Source: Bacteroidota bacterium (GTDB lineage: Bacteria; Bacteroidota; Ignavibacteria; Kapaibacteriales; UBA2268). Taken from it: a stretch of 64,000 nucleotides of DNA. A model generated the notes under the pieces. The model was not told the DNA's origin, made no database searches, and was given only the letters and a program-made list of their open reading frames with translations. The position numbers were made by a program, and so were the translations under genes. Location: the NCBI GenBank assembly GCA_048267165.1, contig JBLWYD010000001.1, forward strand, positions 128,073 to 192,072, given 5' to 3'. Positions 1 to 8,368 of this stretch are shown here, one piece after another (position 1 is the first letter of the stretch; every line of letters starts with the position of its first letter).

Positions 1-2
1 TA

Positions 3-374
3 TTTGTAGAATTTCATCCTTTTGTGTGGATGTACGACAATGATTTTACTAAGTTCGAATATAGTTATTTCAAGAAGGAACCAATAGTAGAGACTGAAAA
101 AGGAACTTATGCTGACCGAGATGCTGATTTAGAACAAACAACTGTGGGGTGGAATCACAGTATAAGTGAGGTTGTGAACTGCTTGATTAAACACGGTATC
201 CAGATTAAGTCACTTGATGAATTTGATTATTCACCTTATAATTGCTTCAAAAACATGATAGAATTCGAGCCAAAGAAATATAGAATAAAAACCTTTGAAG
301 ATAAACTTCCTTTGGTCTATGCTATTGAGGGAGAGAAAGAGAACAACACTAATAAAGGTTCACAAGGGCTATAA
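3..374 (+). CDS. class I SAM-dependent methyltransferase, C-terminal part (5' end outside the window)
   Basis: The frame stays open to the window edge (FVEFHPFVWMYD...), so the GTG at 24 in the ORF track is probably internal. The EFHP strand and WNHSISEVVNCLIKHGIQIKSLDEFDYSP resemble the C-terminal half of Methyltransf_11/25-type enzymes. Confidence 0.55.
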   Translation, partial: FVEFHPFVWMYDNDFTKFEYSYFKKEPIVETEKGTYADRDADLEQTTVGWNHSISEVVNCLIKHGIQIKSLDEFDYSPYNCFKNMIEFEPKKYRIKTFEDKLPLVYAIEGEKENNTNKGSQGL

Positions 375-410
375 AAAAGAAAAACCCAATCGAAGTGATT
401 GGGTTTTGAT
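375..410. terminator. bidirectional rho-independent terminator between convergent genes
   Basis: 9-bp stem AACCCAATC (383-391) / GATTGGGTT (397-405) with a 5-nt loop. An A-run lies upstream and T-rich sequence downstream, so it reads as hairpin plus U-tract on both strands. Confidence 0.6.
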
Positions 411-416
411 GTATTA

Positions 417-1910
417 TTATCGTTTTCTACGAGTGTGAGCACTTTTACCGCCGCCACTGCCGCCGCCGCCTTTCTTTGCGAATTTACCGAATGGCTTTTT
501 ACCACCGCCGCCGCCGCTTCCGCCGCTACGTCTTCTACCACCACGACTTCCGCCGCCGCCTTTACCGCCACCAGAGAATCCTCTAGATTCAGTATCGTTA
601 AGATCTTTATCGCTATCAGACTTTATTTTATCTAATTCTATAACTAGTAGTTTTTCAACAAGTTCTTCTTTAGAAAGTCTGAAGAAAATATCGGTAGCTT
701 TTTGGTTAAGCTTTTTAGAAACTTTACCAGCCGTGCCTTTATTAAGCACTTTCATACACCAATCTTCCACTCTAATTTCAGCTATATCATTAGCATTAGG
801 AATAAATGAACGATCGAATTCAATACCTAGTTGAGATTCCAATTTATGTATCCTATGTTTTTCTCTTCCACTTACGAAAGCGAGTGATATACCTTTTTTA
901 CCAGCTCTTGCTGTACGACCTGCACGGTGAGTATAGTACGAATTATCGTCTGGTAAAGAGTGATGTATCACGTGAGATAAATCGTTTACGTCTATACCCC
1001 TAGCCGCCACATCAGTAGCTATAAGTACATGTAACTCATGTTTTTTGAATCTACGCATAACTCTATCACGCTGCGCTTGCGAAAGATCACCGTGAAGCGA
1101 GTCTGCTTTGTAGTTTTGTCTTAGCAATAGTTCTGCTAATTCTTGTGTTTCGTGTTTTGTTCTACAGAACACAACCCCACGCATATCGGGGCTAATATCT
1201 AGTATTCTAGATAGTGCTTCAGCTTTATCAGAAGCCTTTACTAGTATGTATTGGTGCTCTATATCTACGTTAACTTGGTCTTTAGAGTTAATCCTAACTT
1301 CAGTAGGATTATCCATATATTTGTTAACTATTTTCTTAATCTCCTTAGGCATAGTCGCAGAGAATAGCCACGTAAGCTTATCTTTGGGAGTATAACTAAG
1401 AATCAAATCCAAATCTTCTTTGAAGCCCATATTTAGCATTTCATCCGCCTCGTCAAGGACAAGGAAACGAACGCTTTCTAAATTTACGGCTCTACGTTTG
1501 ATAAGGTCTAATAACCGGCCCGGAGTAGCTATAATAGCGTGTTGTGGTTTCTTAAGGGCTCTCATCTGATTAGTGATAGGAGCTCCACCATACACTGCTA
1601 ATACATTTAGCTTTTCCTGATATTTGCTATAAATATCCAACTGCTCGGCTATTTGCTGACCTAACTCACGAGTAGGTGCTAATATTAGCGCTTGAGTTGC
1701 TTTCATAGCGGGGTCAATTCGCTCCAATAGTGGTAATCCAAAAGCAGCAGTTTTACCTGTTCCTGTTTGTGCTAATCCGATGAAATCTTTGTCATCTTTT
1801 ATTAGTTTAGGGATTGCTTGTATTTGGATGTCTGTGGGAGTATCGAACCCGAGTTCATTGATGGCTTTCAGTAAATTTTCTGAAATACCTAGTTGCTTGA
1901 AATTTGTCAA
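417..1910 (-). CDS. DEAD-box ATP-dependent RNA helicase with C-terminal RGG/Gly-rich basic tail
   Basis: Q motif FDTPTDIQ, motif I AQTGTGKT, Ia PTRELG, II VLDEADEM, III SAT, VI HRAGRTAR. TTG start at 1910. The last ~55 aa are GGG/RGG/KK low complexity. Confidence 0.95.
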   Translation of the reverse strand: MTNFKQLGISENLLKAINELGFDTPTDIQIQAIPKLIKDDKDFIGLAQTGTGKTAAFGLPLLERIDPAMKATQALILAPTRELGQQIAEQLDIYSKYQEKLNVLAVYGGAPITNQMRALKKPQHAIIATPGRLLDLIKRRAVNLESVRFLVLDEADEMLNMGFKEDLDLILSYTPKDKLTWLFSATMPKEIKKIVNKYMDNPTEVRINSKDQVNVDIEHQYILVKASDKAEALSRILDISPDMRGVVFCRTKHETQELAELLLRQNYKADSLHGDLSQAQRDRVMRRFKKHELHVLIATDVAARGIDVNDLSHVIHHSLPDDNSYYTHRAGRTARAGKKGISLAFVSGREKHRIHKLESQLGIEFDRSFIPNANDIAEIRVEDWCMKVLNKGTAGKVSKKLNQKATDIFFRLSKEELVEKLLVIELDKIKSDSDKDLNDTESRGFSGGGKGGGGSRGGRRRSGGSGGGGGKKPFGKFAKKGGGGSGGGKSAHTRRKR

Positions 1911-2046
1911 AAAAGTACACTATGTAAAAATATTAAAAACAAAACTAAGAATAATTAGGCTATTATGCTAATTAATAGTCTTTTATGGAGTTTATTGGGT
2001 TGTTAACAGTACCTTCCATTTATGTGGGAATCAACTTAAATATAAC

Positions 2047-2061
2047 CTATTGACTGAATTA
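2047..2061. repeat. 15-bp motif CTATTGACTGAATTA, left copy flanking the ATPase gene
   Basis: Identical 15-mer recurs at 3319-3333 in the same orientation. Related TATTG(A/C)(C/G)T words occur at 2067 and 2080. Confidence 0.7.
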
Positions 2062-2119
2062 ATATCTATTGCGTCAGCTTATTGACTCTTTTTATACTAA
2101 TACAGTCATTAGATTAATC

Positions 2120-3271
2120 TTATTCTGTTATCCAATCATAGTAATTGTCTTGATTAATAGCTTGGAAAGTCGCATTATCATAGTTTGTCTTCCATAGCGG
2201 CGGTACTTTAACTTTCTTATTAGCACCCCATTTTATCTCATAACCATCTAATCGGCCTTCAGTTTCCTCTACTAAGTCTATTTCCTGTCCGTCATAAGTA
2301 CGCCAAAAATATCTATTTACTATTTTTCCATCATATGTCTGTTGCTTTAACCTTTCGCTAATAAGATAATTTTCCCAAAGTTGCCCCATATCGTTACGAA
2401 GGTGAATAGGGTTCATATTAGCAATTAGTATATTCCGCAAACCATTGTCGTAGAAATACCACTTACTACTTTTCGTTACTTCTTTACGTAGGTTCTTACT
2501 GAAACCACTCAATTGATGGATTACAAATACTTTTGAGAGTAAATCCAAATATCTTTCTACTGTGTTTTTACTCATTCCTAGCTGCCTACCTAATTCTTGA
2601 TAAGAAACTTCATTACCTACTTGGAATGCAATTAACCGTAGTAAATTGAATATCTTACTCGAATTTCTAATCTTATCTAATGTAAGTATATCCTTTAGTA
2701 GATATGAATTTAGTATCTCATTCAAATAATCGACTTTGTCTTCTTTACTGTTTAGATGCATCAGCTCTGGGTAATTACCGTATATTAATCTCTTATCAAG
2801 ATTATCTTTATACTGACTTGGACCTTCAATTGCCCTATATTCTTTTTCACTAATCGGATATAAATAAAAGGTTTTCTTTCTGCCAGTAAGTGGTTCACCT
2901 GTTACATTAGCTATATCGAAAGCAGAAGAACCTGTGACTATAATTTTTAGTCCTGGAATACCGTCAATCATTAACTTTAGTATCCGCCCAATATCCTCTA
3001 TGTGCTGAGCTTCATCTATGATCAAGAGCCGTTTACCACCGAGTAAATTCTCGTAGTTCTGAATACTTCTTCGGTTGAGTAACTCGTGAGTAGTTACATC
3101 TTCTCCATTGAGGAAAACACTCGGTTCATCTATTGATTTCAACAATCTATTGAGTAGTACAGTTTTCCCAATACGTCTTGGGCCTAATAGTACAATAACT
3201 TTATTAGGTACTAAGCTCTTTATTAGCTTTGTTTCTATACTCCTAGATAATATTTCAGTTGTAGTATTCAT
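2120..3271 (-). CDS. AAA+ ATPase with AAA_14 + DUF4143-type architecture
   Basis: Walker A GPRRIGKT, Walker B LLIIDEAQ, winged-helix-like NEVSYQELGRQLGMSKNTVERYLDLL, and a C-terminal tail typical of this stand-alone ATPase family. Confidence 0.85.
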   Translation of the reverse strand: MNTTTEILSRSIETKLIKSLVPNKVIVLLGPRRIGKTVLLNRLLKSIDEPSVFLNGEDVTTHELLNRRSIQNYENLLGGKRLLIIDEAQHIEDIGRILKLMIDGIPGLKIIVTGSSAFDIANVTGEPLTGRKKTFYLYPISEKEYRAIEGPSQYKDNLDKRLIYGNYPELMHLNSKEDKVDYLNEILNSYLLKDILTLDKIRNSSKIFNLLRLIAFQVGNEVSYQELGRQLGMSKNTVERYLDLLSKVFVIHQLSGFSKNLRKEVTKSSKWYFYDNGLRNILIANMNPIHLRNDMGQLWENYLISERLKQQTYDGKIVNRYFWRTYDGQEIDLVEETEGRLDGYEIKWGANKKVKVPPLWKTNYDNATFQAINQDNYYDWITE

Positions 3272-3318
3272 AGTTCAAATTTATGAAATTAATTTACAAT
3301 AACAATGAAATAATTACT

Positions 3319-3423
3319 CTATTGACTGAATTAGTGTTAATTCAGTCATCATATTGACGCAATTAATGTTAATTCAGTCATCGTATTGACGCTATTTGCA
3401 TTAATTCAGTCACTATACTGGTG
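3319..3423. repeat. palindrome plus three abutting 32-bp tandem units (iteron-like) upstream of the ATPase gene
   Basis: TGACTGAATTA (3323-3333) / TAATTCAGTCA (3338-3348) form 11-bp inverted arms with a 4-nt spacer. Units TTAATTCAGTCATC(A/G)TATTGACGC... start at 3337, 3369 and 3401; the third is truncated and degenerate. Confidence 0.8.
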
Positions 3424-3526
3424 TCGCTATCTAATTTTATTGTTAATTGAGGTATTATCCAATAATATAGCTAATTTGTTCGTGTATGTGATACCATAAT
3501 ATCAATTATAATAGAATTCTATAGTT

Positions 3527-3871
3527 TTGAAAAGAATAACATCATATATTTATAAGAAAAATAAAAGCCGGTCATTGTTTATGATTGCGCTGATGTTGTT
3601 CGTTTCTACTTCTACTTTCCCATACTTTGGTGATATGTTGGCAAGGGCAAACATATCAATAAATGAAATAAACGAAGAAGAGAACGAAACTCATAATACT
3701 AACTCAAAAAATAAGGTAGGTGCATATTACTCGATAAATGAACTCCATAAGTTCTTATCTGACTATAGCACTAATTTATCTTCTATTACATACAGTCTAA
3801 AGCAATACGCAGACTATATACCTGAAGTATGTACACCACCTCCCGAATATACACAGCTACAATCAGCATAA
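3527..3871 (+). CDS. hypothetical protein (weak call)
   Basis: ORF only, TTG start, one N-terminal hydrophobic segment (FMIALMLFVSTSTF), no recognisable motif. Confidence 0.35.
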   Translation: MKRITSYIYKKNKSRSLFMIALMLFVSTSTFPYFGDMLARANISINEINEEENETHNTNSKNKVGAYYSINELHKFLSDYSTNLSSITYSLKQYADYIPEVCTPPPEYTQLQSA

Positions 3872-3970
3872 TATAAAGTAATGATTTTGTTAATAAACAC
3901 GAGCAGCTTGTCGATTAGGCCGTATCGTTATATTTATCAATATACTTACCCAATCAGGTAAGTACATAAT

Positions 3971-5584
3971 ATGTGTATATATATGAATTCAAATAAAGAA
4001 AGTTTTTTATCAAATATAAAAAGTGATTTACCAGCAAGTATAGTAGTATTGCTAGTAGCTATACCACTATGTTTGGGTATAGCCCTTGCATCTGGGGCAC
4101 CACTTTTCTCTGGAATTATTGCGGGTATAGTAGGCGGTATAGTAGTTGGTGCTATTAGTAAATCATCATTAGGCGTAAGTGGTCCTGCTGCTGGTTTAGC
4201 AGTAATCGTATTAGTAGCTATCCAAGAGCTTGGTGCTTATGATATATTCTTGCTTGCTGTTGTGATAGCAGGTATTTTCCAAATTATCCTTGGCATACTC
4301 AAAGCAGGAGTAATAGGTTACTATTTCCCTACCTCTGTTATCAAAGGTATGCTATCGGGTATAGGTATCATTATTATATTGAAACAAATACCCCACGCTT
4401 TCGGCTATGATGCTGATTACGAAGGAGACCTTGATTTCGTTCAACCTGATGGTCAAAACACGTTCAGCGAGTTATTCAACATGGTTAACTACATAAACGA
4501 AGGTGCGTTGATAATCGCGGCAGTATCATTAGCGATATTAATATTATGGGATAGACCATTTATCAAAAATATAAAGTCTCTGAAATTAGTACAAGGTCCA
4601 TTAGTTGCTGTGATTGTTGGTATTGTACTTGGAATTGTATTTCAAGAAATACCCGGTTTAGCGCTTATGCCTAAACAATTAGTAAACATACCTGTTGCTG
4701 AATCGTTTAATGGTTTTATATCACAGTTTACTTTACCTAACTTTAGTCATCTAACAAACCCCGCTGTGTATTCTGTTGCTTTTACAATAGCAGTAGTAGC
4801 TAGTTTGGAAACATTACTAAGCGTAGAAGCTACTGATAAACTCGACCCTGAGAAGAGAGTAACACCGACTAATAGAGAGTTAACAGCACAGGGTGTCGGA
4901 AATATTGTTTCTGGAATGATTGGTGGATTACCAGTAACTCAAGTTATTGTTAGAAGTTCTGCCAATATTCAATCTGGTGGAAAAACAAAAGCCTCCGCTA
5001 TTATGCATGGTGCATTATTATTAGTTTGTGCTATAGCTATTCCGAACATATTAAATTTAATTCCTTTAGCGAGTCTTGCAGCTATTCTATTCGTAGTCGG
5101 ATTTAAGTTAGCAAAGCCAGCTCTTTTCAAACAGATGTACGAGAAGGGGTATAGCGAATTTGCTCCATTTGTGGTAACTATTGTAGGTATAGTATTCACA
5201 GATTTACTTGTCGGAATAGGATTGGGTATGTCAGTAGCAATTGTTCAAATATTATGGAAAAACTACAAAACTCCTTACGAAATAATCAAAGGTAATTCGG
5301 AAGGAAATCATTTGACACTAAGACTATCTGAAGAAGTTAGTTTTTTGAACAAAGCTGGAATACTACGTACATTAGATCTGATTCCTAAAAATACTAAATT
5401 AGATATTGACGCAACAAGAACAAAGTTTATCCACCCCGATGTCATAGAGATAATGGAGGACTTTAAAGAGAATGCTAGAACAAAGAATATTTCTGTTAAT
5501 GTAATTGGTTTAGGAATGGGAATGATGGAAAAAGACCCATTAGACGAGTTTAACGAATTAGTAGTAAATGGAACAAATAAATAA
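3971..5584 (+). CDS. SulP-family anion (sulfate/bicarbonate) transporter with C-terminal STAS domain
   Basis: Polytopic N-terminal region with SulP-like blocks (LPASIVVLLVAIPLCLGIALASGAP, NRELTAQGVGNIVSGMIGGLP). C-terminal soluble STAS-like region (LTLRLSEEVSFLNKAGIL). An alternative ATG lies at 3983. Confidence 0.9.
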   Translation: MCIYMNSNKESFLSNIKSDLPASIVVLLVAIPLCLGIALASGAPLFSGIIAGIVGGIVVGAISKSSLGVSGPAAGLAVIVLVAIQELGAYDIFLLAVVIAGIFQIILGILKAGVIGYYFPTSVIKGMLSGIGIIIILKQIPHAFGYDADYEGDLDFVQPDGQNTFSELFNMVNYINEGALIIAAVSLAILILWDRPFIKNIKSLKLVQGPLVAVIVGIVLGIVFQEIPGLALMPKQLVNIPVAESFNGFISQFTLPNFSHLTNPAVYSVAFTIAVVASLETLLSVEATDKLDPEKRVTPTNRELTAQGVGNIVSGMIGGLPVTQVIVRSSANIQSGGKTKASAIMHGALLLVCAIAIPNILNLIPLASLAAILFVVGFKLAKPALFKQMYEKGYSEFAPFVVTIVGIVFTDLLVGIGLGMSVAIVQILWKNYKTPYEIIKGNSEGNHLTLRLSEEVSFLNKAGILRTLDLIPKNTKLDIDATRTKFIHPDVIEIMEDFKENARTKNISVNVIGLGMGMMEKDPLDEFNELVVNGTNK

Positions 5585-5607
5585 TTGTTAACCGCTTAAA
5601 TAATTCA

Positions 5608-5645
5608 AAGCCATTTTACCTCAAAGTAAAATGGCTTTTTTGTTT
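5608..5645 (+). terminator. rho-independent terminator after the SulP gene
   Basis: 12-bp perfect stem AAGCCATTTTAC (5608-5619) / GTAAAATGGCTT (5626-5637) followed by a T-run. Confidence 0.85.
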
Positions 5646-5670
5646 TCTAACAAATGTTTAAATTAGAGTT

Positions 5671-5961
5671 ATGAAAACATTATCTCAAATAAAAACATTA
5701 TTAACTGCAAATAAGCAACTACTGTTTGAAAAATATAGAATTAAGACACTTGCTATATTTGGTTCGTATGCCCGGAATGAAGCAGACGAAAGCAGTGATT
5801 TAGATCTAATCGTTGATTTTAACGGAACTGTTGGTATTGAATTCATTGATTTAGCCGAAGATTTAGAAAATCTAGTTGGTTTCAAAGTCGATTTAATTTC
5901 TATGAATGGTATAAAATCTAAGTATTATGATTTCATAAATAATGAAATGATTTATGTATAA
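5671..5961 (+). CDS. minimal nucleotidyltransferase (MNT-type, usually the HepT/DUF86 antitoxin partner)
   Basis: LAIFGSYARNEADESSDLDLIVDF is the GS...D.D pol-beta-fold NTase signature. The 96-aa size is typical of MNT. Confidence 0.8.
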   Translation: MKTLSQIKTLLTANKQLLFEKYRIKTLAIFGSYARNEADESSDLDLIVDFNGTVGIEFIDLAEDLENLVGFKVDLISMNGIKSKYYDFINNEMIYV

Positions 5962-6472
5962 ACTAATATGCATATTACCCATTCTTCTTTTACTTGTAAA
6001 CTGTAGCGACGATTCAGTTAGTTTTAAAGATGATTCTCGAGTTAAAACAATCTATGGGATAGAAGTATTATTACAAAATGGCAGTAAGGATAGTGAAATC
6101 GGTGACATTGAGAAAAATCCATGTAAAAAAAATGGATTCGAACTAGTTGCTTATCCAAACCCATATTTTGCAACTTTTACTTTTATTCAATACACTCTAG
6201 ATGAAGAAAAAGAGGTTCAAGTGTCAATAGAAACGGCAAAAGTTTCTCAAGATTTGCAGATCCAGTTAGAAGAGAAGGGTTATGATATAAGAACCCATTC
6301 GGAATATAAAGACTATGTTTTTTATACAGAAGTTCAATCTGAAGGTTTTAATAGTGTTTTACACTTGATGTATATATTTGAGCCAGGCCCATATTTAATA
6401 CGAATACTGGACAAGGATGGTAATGAGAGTTGCTTTCCGTATATTATAGTTCCGAATATTGAATTACCTTAA
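5954..6472 (+). CDS. small lipoprotein, paralog 1 of 3, T9SS-CTD-like beta-sandwich body
   Basis: Lipobox LLLVNC|SDD. Shared blocks with the next two ORFs: KT(I/V)YG(I/L)E, IGD(I/L).KN.C, (Y/F)PNP, IETA, (D/E)SC(F/Y)P. Confidence 0.8.
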   Translation: MYKLICILPILLLLVNCSDDSVSFKDDSRVKTIYGIEVLLQNGSKDSEIGDIEKNPCKKNGFELVAYPNPYFATFTFIQYTLDEEKEVQVSIETAKVSQDLQIQLEEKGYDIRTHSEYKDYVFYTEVQSEGFNSVLHLMYIFEPGPYLIRILDKDGNESCFPYIIVPNIELP

Positions 6473-6521
6473 CTGTGTTTAATATTTTAACTTATTCAAT
6501 TACTAATTCAAACTTAAACCA

Positions 6522-7043
6522 ATGAAAAAACTACTCTACATATTACCACTTATGCTCCTGCTACTAAGCTGTAATGAAGACCCTACACAAGTACAGAAAG
6601 ACAAGCGATTCAAAACAGTTTATGGTTTAGAAAGATCCCTTGTAAACGGTCAGATTGCTGGAGTGATTGGTGACATCAGCAAAAACTCTTGCACTAATGA
6701 TGAAGACTTAGGACTCTCTATATTTCCGAACCCTGCTGCCTTTACGACTACTTTTCAGTTTAATACTAATAGTAACCGTTCATACGAGTTATTCATAGAA
6801 ACAGCAATCGGCAATAATCAGTTTTTGGATAGTTTGAGCGCCTCTGGTTCACCTTCAAATTATGAATATCCTCAACATGAGAGTTATTTTAAAAAGAGCT
6901 TATACAAAGGTGAAATAAGTGCAGGTTCTAATTCCATCAGTCTTGAGCTAAACGAATTTGATGCTGGAATTTATTATATAATCTATGAGGATAGTGAAGG
7001 AAATAGCGACTGCTACCCCTTACTAATTCAACGATTCGAGTGA
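6522..7043 (+). CDS. small lipoprotein, paralog 2 of 3
   Basis: Lipobox LLLLSC|NED. Aligns along its full length with the 5954 and 7086 ORFs. Confidence 0.85.
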   Translation: MKKLLYILPLMLLLLSCNEDPTQVQKDKRFKTVYGLERSLVNGQIAGVIGDISKNSCTNDEDLGLSIFPNPAAFTTTFQFNTNSNRSYELFIETAIGNNQFLDSLSASGSPSNYEYPQHESYFKKSLYKGEISAGSNSISLELNEFDAGIYYIIYEDSEGNSDCYPLLIQRFE

Positions 7044-7085
7044 TAGTCAATGCTTTTAAATTTGTACATTACAGGAACCCGACCA

Positions 7086-7616
7086 ATGAAAAAACTACTA
7101 TACATATTACCTATATTCCTTATACTTATAAGCTGTTCGGATGAACCGACAAAAGCAATAGAGGAGGGGCAATCTAGAACCGTTTTCGGATTAGAAAGAA
7201 CCTTTGAAAACAGTACCATAGCAGGTTTGATAGGCGACTTATCTAAAAATTATTGCACAAATATTGATTCACTCGAATTTTTCACATTCCCGAACCCGAC
7301 TGCATCTGGTGTTACAATAGAGTTCAAGTCTGACAGCAGAAGAACTTATGAGATATTTTTAGAGACTGCGATAGGAGATGAAAATCTACTAGATAGTTTG
7401 GCAGCAATTAGTTATCCGACACCAATTATTATCGCTCAACATGAAAGCTATTTCAAACAAAGTCTAATTTCTGGAAGCATAAAAGAAGGTAAGAATTCTA
7501 TACACATAGACCTTAGAGATATTAGTACTGGCGTTTACTACTTAATCTACAATGATAACAAAGGGAATAGTGACTGCTATCCTCTTGTAGTGCAACGCTA
7601 CGGCAATACAAATTAG
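7086..7616 (+). CDS. small lipoprotein, paralog 3 of 3
   Basis: ATG at 7086 gives MKKLLYILPIFLILISC|SDE, matching the start of paralog 2. The ORF-track start at 7050 adds 12 non-conserved residues. Confidence 0.85.
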   Translation: MKKLLYILPIFLILISCSDEPTKAIEEGQSRTVFGLERTFENSTIAGLIGDLSKNYCTNIDSLEFFTFPNPTASGVTIEFKSDSRRTYEIFLETAIGDENLLDSLAAISYPTPIIIAQHESYFKQSLISGSIKEGKNSIHIDLRDISTGVYYLIYNDNKGNSDCYPLVVQRYGNTN

Positions 7617-7921
7617 CCAAAGATAACGAAGAATAGTATAGTCAAAGCAACAAATATGCCTATACCAATACTCAATCCAGTTCTTATTGTCCCCTTAAGT
7701 GGGAATAGAATGAGCTTGTAAACAGCAATCTGAATTAGGGAAATTGCACCTGCGTAAAAGATTCCTACAATCCAATTACCAATGTTAGCCATCCAATCGA
7801 AGTTGTAGTAACCCTCATCAATATAGAGTAGAGCCAAAGTCACAATAATAGCACTTATTATCATCGGAATAAATTCTTTTAATGATTCGTTGCTTTCGTT
7901 TTGGATTGCAGCAGTAGTCAT
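7613..7921 (-). CDS. small integral membrane protein, hypothetical
   Basis: Three to four hydrophobic helices; no family recognised. Confidence 0.6.
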   Translation of the reverse strand: MTTAAIQNESNESLKEFIPMIISAIIVTLALLYIDEGYYNFDWMANIGNWIVGIFYAGAISLIQIAVYKLILFPLKGTIRTGLSIGIGIFVALTILFFVIFG

Positions 7922-8044
7922 ATATTCACCTCATATTTATAGAATAGATACACTTGATACGCTTAGTTGTTCATAAGAGTTTCAGTATATCTATCTGTAT
8001 TTGAATTTATAGGGATTATAAAGAACTATTTACTTGCCAATATA

Positions 8045-8368
8045 CTATTCTCTATTCTCTAACGGCTTCAATATCTTGGAATCAGTTATAAAAGTACCGA
8101 AAGGTAGCAGAGATGCAATGAGTAATATCAAAGTCTTTTTTTTACTTATTCGGTATTGTTGGTATAGAAGAAAAGTCCAGAAAACATATGCCACGAATAG
8201 TACCCCATGTAATAGCCCAACTATGTAATTCGGCTCTTTCATATCCATCATATATTTTAGAGGCATAGTAATACCGAATAGAGTTAGGTAACTTATACCC
8301 TCTATAACGCCAAGTACTCTTAGGGTTTTTAGGTTACTTTTTCTATTGCTCTTCTTTAAAATATTCAA
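8045..8368 (-). CDS. DUF3817-type small membrane protein
   Basis: LRVLGVIEGISYLTLFGITMPLKY...GLLHGVLFVAYVFW matches the conserved DUF3817 pattern. Confidence 0.7.
   Translation of the reverse strand: MNILKKSNRKSNLKTLRVLGVIEGISYLTLFGITMPLKYMMDMKEPNYIVGLLHGVLFVAYVFWTFLLYQQYRISKKKTLILLIASLLPFGTFITDSKILKPLENRE

Noticed and set aside
317-635. ORF-track ORFs 317-571 (-) and 399-635 (+), rich in Ala/Val/Thr
   Set aside because: They are mirror or alternate frames of the GGN/CGN-rich DNA that encodes the helicase RGG tail. They have low-complexity products and overlap a well-supported gene.
3337-3423. Possible mini-CRISPR array (32-bp repeats)
   Set aside because: There are only three units, they abut directly with no spacers, the third is degenerate, and no cas genes are nearby. 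They are better explained as iteron/operator-like tandem repeats.
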